Assembly (NCBI GenBank): GCA_041651115.1
Contig: JBAZJY010000001.1
Location: forward strand, 453,165-517,164
DNA: 64,000 nt
From: Candidatus Omnitrophota bacterium
Lineage (GTDB): Bacteria; Omnitrophota; Gorgyraeia; Gygaellales; Profunditerraquicolaceae
Reading direction: 5' to 3'
Each line of letters begins with the position of its first letter. Positions within the stretch are counted from its first letter, which is position 1. The translations under genes were made by a program, and so were the position numbers. Shown here one piece after another: positions 56,490-64,000 of the stretch. The notes under the pieces are model-generated. The model saw nothing but the letters and a program-made list of their open reading frames with translations. It did not search any database and was not told where the DNA came from.

Positions 56490-58079
56490 ATGAACGATAA
56501 TTATCTGGAAAGAAAACAATATACGCAGGCGATCGAAAAAAGGATCCACGCGCTGAAAGACGGCTACCGTCAGAACATCGCCCTTATCGGCGATGAGCTC
56601 GTAGGAAAAACCACCATAATTTTCGATATCCTCAAAAGATTCTACGACAACCGCGTGATCGTCTCATACCTGGAAGTCCGGCCGGAAACGCTGGAAATAT
56701 TCTGCCGCCGGTTCATCGCCGTCCTGCTCTACAACTTCCTTTCCAACAGCGGCATAGCGCTGAAAGAAGACATTAATTTCCTTCTTGATAAATCGGAAAA
56801 ATATATCCCGCTTACCGTAAAAAAGATCCGGATAATCCTGTCTGCGCTGCAAAAAAGGAAAAAGAACAATATTTTCACGGAGCTCTTGTCGCTGACGGAA
56901 TCAATAAACCAGGAAACCGGAAAATTCAACGTGGTGATCTTTGACGAATTCCATAATTTTCAGGATATCGGGACAAAGAACCTCTACGCGGAATGGTCAA
57001 AGCTCTTAATGCTGCAAAAAAATACGATGTACATCCTGATCAGCTCCCTGAAGTTCAAGGCAAAGCAGATCATCGCCAAAGACCTGGCGCTCTTATTCGG
57101 GAATTTCGAAATCCTGTCAATCGGACCGCTGGATACGCGTGAAAGCGAGCGCTACATAGAATTTAAGGCCGCGGGAACGGAAATCGACCAAGGCCTGAAA
57201 AACTTCATCGTGCATTTTACCAATGGGTGCCCGTTTTACCTGAAAATCATAACCGAAGCCCTGCTTCAAGCCGATAAGGGCAGCCTGACCGAAGCCATCG
57301 AAAAGATTATTTTCGACCAGTCCGGCATACTTAACCAGAGATTTTCCAACTACATCAAACGCTTCTTTGATTCCGGCCGCAGCCGAGACTACATTTCCAT
57401 ACTTTACCTGATCTCTAACGGCCACAATAAGCTCAAGGAGATCTCACATTTTATGCGCCGGCCAAAAAAAGAGCTGGACTCAAGGATCGCCTATCTGCTT
57501 GAGATCGACGCGATAACCAAAAGCGGAGATTTCTTAAAGATCAATGACCGGGTTTTCGGCTTCTGGATCAAATTCGTGTATCAGGAAAAATTGAATTCTT
57601 TGACCTTTGACGCCAAAAACCAGAAAGACCAGTTCCGCAACCATATAGACTGCCTGCTCCAGGAATTCCTCAAGAGCAGCCAAAAACCGATCGTGGAAAG
57701 AATAGAGGAGCTGCTGCGCAGCTTTGATAACGACATAATGCAGTTGGAAAAAAAGAAAATGCGCTTGACGCATTTCCGCGAAATAAAACCCCTGGAATTC
57801 GATAAAGGCGGGCTTAAACTCGGCCTGATCGGCCGTTCAAGCGACAGCCTTTGGGTAGTAGGATTTAAAAATGACGCACTTAGCGACGAGGATATCGCGG
57901 AATTTGCCGAAGAATGCCGAAAATTCAAGCATAAGCTGCAAAAAAAGGTGATTATCACGCTAAACGACATCGACCCTAATGCGCAGCTGCGCGCGCTGGA
58001 AGAGAAGATCTGGCTCTGGGACATCAACCGCCTCAACGAAATTATGGACCTCTTCTCCAAGCCGAGGGTGATCGTATGA
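56490..58079 (+). CDS. P-loop NTPase of the PF01637 (archaeal-ATPase/STAND-like)+DUF234 type
   Basis: Walker A GDELVGKTT (aa 34-42), Walker B VVIFDEFHNF, and a long alpha-helical/winged-helix-like C-terminal region; 529 aa. Confidence 0.55.
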   Translation: MNDNYLERKQYTQAIEKRIHALKDGYRQNIALIGDELVGKTTIIFDILKRFYDNRVIVSYLEVRPETLEIFCRRFIAVLLYNFLSNSGIALKEDINFLLDKSEKYIPLTVKKIRIILSALQKRKKNNIFTELLSLTESINQETGKFNVVIFDEFHNFQDIGTKNLYAEWSKLLMLQKNTMYILISSLKFKAKQIIAKDLALLFGNFEILSIGPLDTRESERYIEFKAAGTEIDQGLKNFIVHFTNGCPFYLKIITEALLQADKGSLTEAIEKIIFDQSGILNQRFSNYIKRFFDSGRSRDYISILYLISNGHNKLKEISHFMRRPKKELDSRIAYLLEIDAITKSGDFLKINDRVFGFWIKFVYQEKLNSLTFDAKNQKDQFRNHIDCLLQEFLKSSQKPIVERIEELLRSFDNDIMQLEKKKMRLTHFREIKPLEFDKGGLKLGLIGRSSDSLWVVGFKNDALSDEDIAEFAEECRKFKHKLQKKVIITLNDIDPNAQLRALEEKIWLWDINRLNEIMDLFSKPRVIV

Positions 58080-58567
58080 CACGAATAGGCGTGATTTCGG
58101 ATACGCATATCAGCAACAAGCAGGACGAACTGCCCGCAAAGATCATTGCGGCATTTAAGGCCGTAGACATGATCATCCACTGCGGAGACATCCTTGACCT
58201 TGGCGTGCTGGATAAACTGCGGCAATTATGCCCTGACGTAAGGGCGGTTGCCGGCAATATGGACTCCGCAGAAACCAAAGAAATACTTCCGGAAAAAGAA
58301 ATTATTACCGTAGGCAAATATAAGATCGGGGTCGCGCACGGATACGGCCATCCCGCAGGATTGGCCGGCGCCATGGAAAAGATATTTAAAGCCGACGCCG
58401 TTGATGCGATCGTATTCGGCCACTCACACACGCCCCTTAACGAAAGAAGAAAGGGAATTCTTTTTTTTAACCCGGGCAGCCCGACAGATAAAGTCTTTGC
58501 GCCGTTCAATTCTTATGGTATATTGGAAATCAATGATAGAATAAAAGGGAAGATAATAAAGATATAA
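58076..58567 (+). CDS. YfcE/MJ0936-family metallophosphoesterase
   Basis: IGVISDTHI, IHCGDI, GHSHTP (calcineurin-like phosphoesterase motifs); ATGA overlap with the ATPase gene. Confidence 0.75.
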   Translation: MTRIGVISDTHISNKQDELPAKIIAAFKAVDMIIHCGDILDLGVLDKLRQLCPDVRAVAGNMDSAETKEILPEKEIITVGKYKIGVAHGYGHPAGLAGAMEKIFKADAVDAIVFGHSHTPLNERRKGILFFNPGSPTDKVFAPFNSYGILEINDRIKGKIIKI

Positions 58568-58569
58568 AG

Positions 58570-59064
58570 GTGGCAATGGATAAGCTTTGGGCGCCATGGA
58601 GAATAAAGTACGTAACTTCCAAAAAAAATAAAGGCTGCATATTTTGCGCCGCCCTGAAATCAAAAAACCATCCCCACGTCATCTTCCGCAGCCGGCACGC
58701 ATTCTGTATCCTGAATATTTTCCCTTATAACAACGGCCACGTAATGATTGCGCCGAATAAACACGTCGGCGATACCGCCGGGCTTACCGATAGTGAGCTC
58801 CTGGATATATTCAAATCCATAAATACCGCGAAAAATATCATTCATAAAGCGCTGGCGCCCGACGGATATAATATCGGCATAAACATCTCCCGGCACGCCG
58901 GAGCAGGCATTACCGGGCACATCCATATCCATATCGTACCCCGCTGGCAGGGAGACACAAACTTCATGCCCGTGGTCCACAATACAAAAATAATCTCACA
59001 GTCCCTAAAGGAACTGGAAAAGAAATTAAAGGCGGCATATGCTGGATCAAAAGCAGATAAATAA
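58570..59064 (+). CDS. HIT-family (histidine triad) nucleotide hydrolase/transferase
   Basis: GHIHIHIVPRW histidine-triad motif; CIFC zinc-like N-terminal motif. Confidence 0.8.
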   Translation: MAMDKLWAPWRIKYVTSKKNKGCIFCAALKSKNHPHVIFRSRHAFCILNIFPYNNGHVMIAPNKHVGDTAGLTDSELLDIFKSINTAKNIIHKALAPDGYNIGINISRHAGAGITGHIHIHIVPRWQGDTNFMPVVHNTKIISQSLKELEKKLKAAYAGSKADK

Positions 59065-60193
59065 ATTCGAAGATACCTACCTTGCTCCTTACGCGATGAA
59101 AAGCCGCAATACTAAAGGCAGGGCGCATAAAGAAACCGAGCATCTTTACCGCTCTGCTTATCAGAGGGACAGGGACAGGATCATCCACTCCGCAGCCTTT
59201 CGCCGGCTGGAATACAAAACCCAGGTTTTCGTCAATCATGAAGGCGACTATTACCGCACCCGCCTTACCCACACTTTAGAAGTCGCGCAGATCGCACGGA
59301 CCATTGCCCACGCGCTTAAGCTTAATAGCGACCTCGTGGAAGCAATTGCCCTGGCGCACGATTTGGGGCATACGCCTTTTGGCCATTCCGGCGAAGACGC
59401 GCTGAACGAGATCATGGCAAATTACGGCGGCTTTAACCATAATATGCAAAGCCTGCGGGTGGTTGACGTGCTTGAAGAAAGATACCCGGATTTTCCCGGA
59501 CTTAACCTCACATGGGAAGTAAGGGAGGGGATCGTCAAACATTCCTCCGCGTTTGATAAAATGGGAAAGCTCAAGGAATTCCTTCCTGAAGAATCGGCGA
59601 CCCTGGAAACCCAGGTAGTCGATATTGCCGACGAGATCGCCTATGACAACCACGACTTAGACGACGGCCTTACCTCCGGCCTGATCCAGGAAAAAGACCT
59701 CGCAAAACTTAAGGTATGGGGAAATATTTGCGGGAAAATTTCCCGTAAGTATGCTAAAATAGATATTGAGCGCAGGAAATACCTGATCATCCGCTCGCTC
59801 ATCGACATACAAGTGACTGACTTGATCGCGGAAACCGAAAAGAAGCTTAAAGAACTGAAGGTCAAGTCGCACCGCGACGTCAAAAAAAGCGAAGCGAAGA
59901 TTGCCTGCTTTAGTCCGGAAATGATGGAGCTGCGTAAGCCGCTGCGCGAATTCCTGGTTAAAAAATTATACTGCCATTACCGCGTGGTCAGGATGAGCAA
60001 TAAGGCAAAAAGGTTTATACAGGAATTATTCAACATTTACGTCAAGAGCCCGGAACAGCTTCCGCCGCATATTGAAAAGCGCATTGCCGCCGACGGCACA
60101 AGGCGGGCGGTATGCGATTACATCGCCGGAATGACAGACAGGTACGCATTAGATGAATACAAAAAATTATTTGACCCATACGAAAAAGTATAA
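59039..60193 (+). CDS. dgt: dGTP triphosphohydrolase-like HD-domain protein
   Basis: RDRDRIIHSAAFRRLEYKTQVF..., RLTHTLEVAQIAR, AHDLGHTPFGH (HD motif) - Dgt-family hallmarks. Confidence 0.8.
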   Translation: MLDQKQINKFEDTYLAPYAMKSRNTKGRAHKETEHLYRSAYQRDRDRIIHSAAFRRLEYKTQVFVNHEGDYYRTRLTHTLEVAQIARTIAHALKLNSDLVEAIALAHDLGHTPFGHSGEDALNEIMANYGGFNHNMQSLRVVDVLEERYPDFPGLNLTWEVREGIVKHSSAFDKMGKLKEFLPEESATLETQVVDIADEIAYDNHDLDDGLTSGLIQEKDLAKLKVWGNICGKISRKYAKIDIERRKYLIIRSLIDIQVTDLIAETEKKLKELKVKSHRDVKKSEAKIACFSPEMMELRKPLREFLVKKLYCHYRVVRMSNKAKRFIQELFNIYVKSPEQLPPHIEKRIAADGTRRAVCDYIAGMTDRYALDEYKKLFDPYEKV

Positions 60194-61220
60194 AGTCCTG
60201 ATCTCGGCAATCCACAGCGTTTACCGGCTGATTAATTCGACTTACGAGCTCAAAGAACTGATCTGCCGGCTGGGCAGGCTCAGCTCCCAGATCTTCCACG
60301 CGCAGTACTGCCTGATCATCCTGCTTGACCCCTCAAAAAAATATTCCGCGTTTAAATGCCTGATCAACGGCAGAAAAAAGACCGTCGTGGACAAAAAATC
60401 CAAGATCACGAAAGGCGTGGAGCGCACGATCCTAAAGACCGTTTCTTCGATCAGGAAAGGAAACATCCTCGGCCTGCCCCTTGTCTGCGAAGACATTATG
60501 GGGATGATCGTCGTAAAACGCTCTAAAAACGAGGCGCCTTTTGACAGCTTTGACCAGGAAATACTGACCACGATGAGCGAACAGGCGATTATCGGAATAA
60601 AAAACCTGCAATTATACGAAGAGCAGCAAAAGATCGTTTTCGGAAGCATTAAATCGCTGGTAACCATGCTTGACCGCAGGGTGCCGCAGGAATATACGCA
60701 TTCGCCGTATTTCAGCCGCATTGTGGCGGCGATCGGCGAGCAGATGCACCTTGACGAAAAGCAGATGGAGAGCCTTAAATACGCCAGCCTGCTGCATGAT
60801 GCGGGAAAAGTGGACATTCCCCTTGAAATCCTTACAAAAACGACCAAGCTTACCCCCAAAGAATTTGATATTATTAAAAGCCATCCTTTAAAAGGAGCAG
60901 AGATCCTGCGGCCGCTGCAAATTTTAAGGCCGGCAATACCGATCATCATGCACCACCATGAAAAATATAACGGCACGGGATACCCTTCGCGATTGAAAAA
61001 AGGCCAAATCCCGCTGGGCGCGCGCGTTATGGCGGTAGCAGATGCCTTTGAGGCCATGGTCTACGGCAGGCCGTACCGCGAAAGGATGGACGTCTCCTCG
61101 GCAATAAAGGAAATCAAGAAAAAAAGCGGCACGCAATTCGACCCTAAGATCGTCGATGCCTTCCTGAAAATCTGCAAGAAAATAAAGTCAAAAAATTACT
61201 TGCAAGCGCCACAAAAATAA
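60153..61220 (+). CDS. GAF-domain HD-GYP phosphodiesterase
   Basis: N-terminal GAF-like region; LLHDAGK (HD) and HHHEKYNGTGYP (HD-GYP signature). Confidence 0.75.
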   Translation: MNTKNYLTHTKKYKVLISAIHSVYRLINSTYELKELICRLGRLSSQIFHAQYCLIILLDPSKKYSAFKCLINGRKKTVVDKKSKITKGVERTILKTVSSIRKGNILGLPLVCEDIMGMIVVKRSKNEAPFDSFDQEILTTMSEQAIIGIKNLQLYEEQQKIVFGSIKSLVTMLDRRVPQEYTHSPYFSRIVAAIGEQMHLDEKQMESLKYASLLHDAGKVDIPLEILTKTTKLTPKEFDIIKSHPLKGAEILRPLQILRPAIPIIMHHHEKYNGTGYPSRLKKGQIPLGARVMAVADAFEAMVYGRPYRERMDVSSAIKEIKKKSGTQFDPKIVDAFLKICKKIKSKNYLQAPQK

Positions 61221-61243
61221 GCTATAAAATAAGCCGGTGAACA

Positions 61244-61765
61244 ATGGAAACAGGTAGCCAGCAGTTAGAGTTATTTTCAGGAACAGGCAGGGGCCCGGAA
61301 ACCGCATCCTCCGGAGGGCGCGGTAAGTTCTTCGGACATATCCGCGGCCACGAAAAGGTAATCCTTATCGCCATCGGAGTGATCATTGTTGCCGTTGCCG
61401 CGTTCTCGTTAGGAGTGGAAAAGGGCCGGCGCACCGCAATGCCGGAAGCTCCGGTTAGCAGAAAACCAACGCAAGCAGCCATACCGCAGCAAAGGCTTGC
61501 TCCGGCGCAGATACCGGTAAGGACCGTGGCAGTATCCGCGCCTGCGCAGCAAAATTACACTATCCAGCTGGCAAGTTTTCAAAACAAAAACCTTGCTAAA
61601 AAAGAAGCCGAGGCGCTGAAGAAACAGGGATTGGCGCCGATGATCATCACAAAAGGCAGTTATAATATATTGTGCGTAGGAAGCTTTACCAGCAAAGAAA
61701 CCGCTAAACCGTTGTTATCGGAAATAAAAAAGAAGTATCGCGACAGCTTTATAAGGAGGCTTTAA
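61244..61765 (+). CDS. SPOR-domain protein (septal peptidoglycan binding), single N-terminal TM
   Basis: C-terminal YTIQLASFQNKNLAKKEAEALKKQG...ILCVGSFTSKETAKPLLSEIKKKY is a SPOR fold signature. Confidence 0.7.
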   Translation: METGSQQLELFSGTGRGPETASSGGRGKFFGHIRGHEKVILIAIGVIIVAVAAFSLGVEKGRRTAMPEAPVSRKPTQAAIPQQRLAPAQIPVRTVAVSAPAQQNYTIQLASFQNKNLAKKEAEALKKQGLAPMIITKGSYNILCVGSFTSKETAKPLLSEIKKKYRDSFIRRL

Positions 61766-61768
61766 ACC

Positions 61769-62068
61769 ATGGGAATACACCCGTCATTAAAATCATCGGA
61801 CAAAGATAAAAAAGCGCGCTCAGTATTAAAACGCACCGAGCGGCTAAAGGCTATGATTGAAAAAAAGACCTGGAAGGAAGGCGACGACGTATTTGGTCTG
61901 CCAAAGATCAAAACAGTAAGGATCAAGATCAAGAAAGAAAAAGCTGAAAAGGCAACAACCGAAACAGCCGCAGGAGCAGCTCCCGGAGCAGCAGCACCGG
62001 CAGCAGCACCGGCCAAAGGCGCAGCAGCACCGGCCAAAGGCGCAGCTAAGGCCGCGGAAAAGAAATAA
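61769..62068 (+). CDS. Small basic Lys/Ala-rich protein of unknown function (99 aa)
   Basis: Charged N-terminal 55 aa plus AP/K-rich tail; contains an exact 21-bp tandem duplication (62001-62042) encoding APAKGAA twice. Confidence 0.4.
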   Translation: MGIHPSLKSSDKDKKARSVLKRTERLKAMIEKKTWKEGDDVFGLPKIKTVRIKIKKEKAEKATTETAAGAAPGAAAPAAAPAKGAAAPAKGAAKAAEKK

Positions 62069-62077
62069 TTTCTGCCA

Positions 62078-62850
62078 ATGCGAAAAATATTTATTATCAT
62101 AGCCGTGTTCGTCGGCGCAATTACGATTTTGACAGCGAAAAACTGCGCGGCAGAAAACGTTCAAGCTCCGGCAGCCGGCGTATTTACCGGAACACTCAAC
62201 GCGAATGAGATCAACGTCCGTTCCGACGCGAATACGAATTCCGCGGTGATCTGCGTGCTACCGAAAGGCGAAAACGTAGAAGTCATTCTGGAAAAATACG
62301 GCTGGTATAAAATCCGCCTGCCGAAGTCCGCGCGGGTATTCGTAAAATCTTCTTTGTTTGAGATGATCGACGAGAAAACCGCCAAGGCAAAGGGCACCAA
62401 CATCAATGTGCGGATACAGCCCAACCAAACATCGGCAATACTGGGCAGGATAGAAGAGAACGAAGTCGTAACTGTGACCGGAGACAGGAACGGTTGGCTG
62501 AAGATCGAGCCTACGGCAAATGCCTTTGGCTGGATCAATACAAAGTTCATTGACCGCAAAACCGGGCCTGCCCCTGCAAAGCAGCCGGAAAAGATAAAAC
62601 CGGAGGCGACAAAGCCTGCCATAGGAGAAAGCATTACCGTTGAAGGCACGATACAGCCATATGGAAAAGTCATCAACCGCGTTGCCACACATAAACTGAT
62701 CGCAAAAGATTATTCTGTCTACCTGCTGAAAGGCAGCCCCGATAATTTTAATTCCCTTACCTATCACAAGGTAAAGATCACCGGTAAAATAATCAGCCCC
62801 GCAAACGAAAAAAACCCTGTCATTGAAGTAGCGAAACTGGAGGCCCTTGA

Positions 62851-62854
<4 letters not shown>
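62078..62854 (+). CDS. Secreted protein with tandem bacterial SH3 (SH3b) domains
   Basis: Signal peptide; two repeats of the ANEINVRSDANTNSAVICVLPKGENVEV / GTNINVRIQPNQTSAILGRIEENEVVTV + GW.KI pattern typical of SH3b_3 domains. Confidence 0.55.

Positions 62855-64000
<1,146 letters not shown>

Overview
This 64-kb window comes from a bacterial chromosome of about 50% GC. It is almost entirely coding on the + strand. Many genes overlap by a few bases (ATGA, TAATG, GTG-on-stop), which suggests long, translationally coupled operons. No rRNA, CRISPR array, transposase or integrase is present; one tRNA (Gly-CCC) is. The gene content (Bcd with EtfAB and a ferredoxin domain, a PPi-type phosphofructokinase, heptose/LPS-core genes, DUF1844) suggests an anaerobic Gram-negative-type organism, possibly from a poorly studied phylum.

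Layout:
- 0.1-19.9 kb: a cell-envelope glycan island. It holds class I methyltransferases, GT4/GT2/GT9 glycosyltransferases, two polytopic GT-C-like membrane proteins, two DPM1-like polyprenyl-phosphate sugar synthases, a NodU/CmcH carbamoyltransferase followed by an SxtJ-like gene and an unannotated 52-aa DUF5989 sORF, an O-antigen-ligase-like protein, a DegT aminotransferase, an NAD epimerase, GmhB and a GT28.
- 19.9-25.8 kb: priA (P-loop lost), fmt, two tandem GalT-like HIT genes (one missing the nucleophile His), gap.
- 25.8-39 kb: a long telomere-like hairpin, a membrane spermidine-synthase-like protein, pgk-tpiA-secG, transporters, a TMTC-like GT-C/TPR protein, marC, glgC, a GNAT gene bracketed by two copies of a 59-bp palindromic repeat, and bcd-etfB-etfA(Fd).
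- 39-44.3 kb: promoter, sORF and intrinsic terminator (attenuator-like) upstream of a hypothetical gene; then an excisionase-type HTH gene overlapping a 1083-aa SMC with an almost absent hinge; a convergent GAF-GGDEF gene.
- 44.3-55.8 kb: rpsU (missed by the ORF track), a TIM-barrel isomerase, a MEMO-like gene, DUF1844-Trm112-aroQ-pepP-efp, accBC, asp23 with an amaP-like gene, pfp, gmhA-rfaE2, a ThiD2-like gene, thiC, tRNA-Gly.
- 55.8-64 kb: a LysM/M23 peptidase; an operon of STAND-like ATPase, YfcE phosphoesterase, HIT, dGTPase and GAF-HD-GYP; SPOR, SH3b and S2P proteins; aroB (partial).

The most interesting candidates for undescribed biology are:
- the carbamoyltransferase/SxtJ/DUF5989 block embedded between GT-C and DPM1-like genes;
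- the GalT pair with one non-catalytic paralog;
- the HTH plus hinge-reduced SMC pair;
- the leader-peptide/terminator element at 38.95-39.17 kb;
- the five-gene nucleotide-hydrolase operon;
- several structured intergenic repeats.
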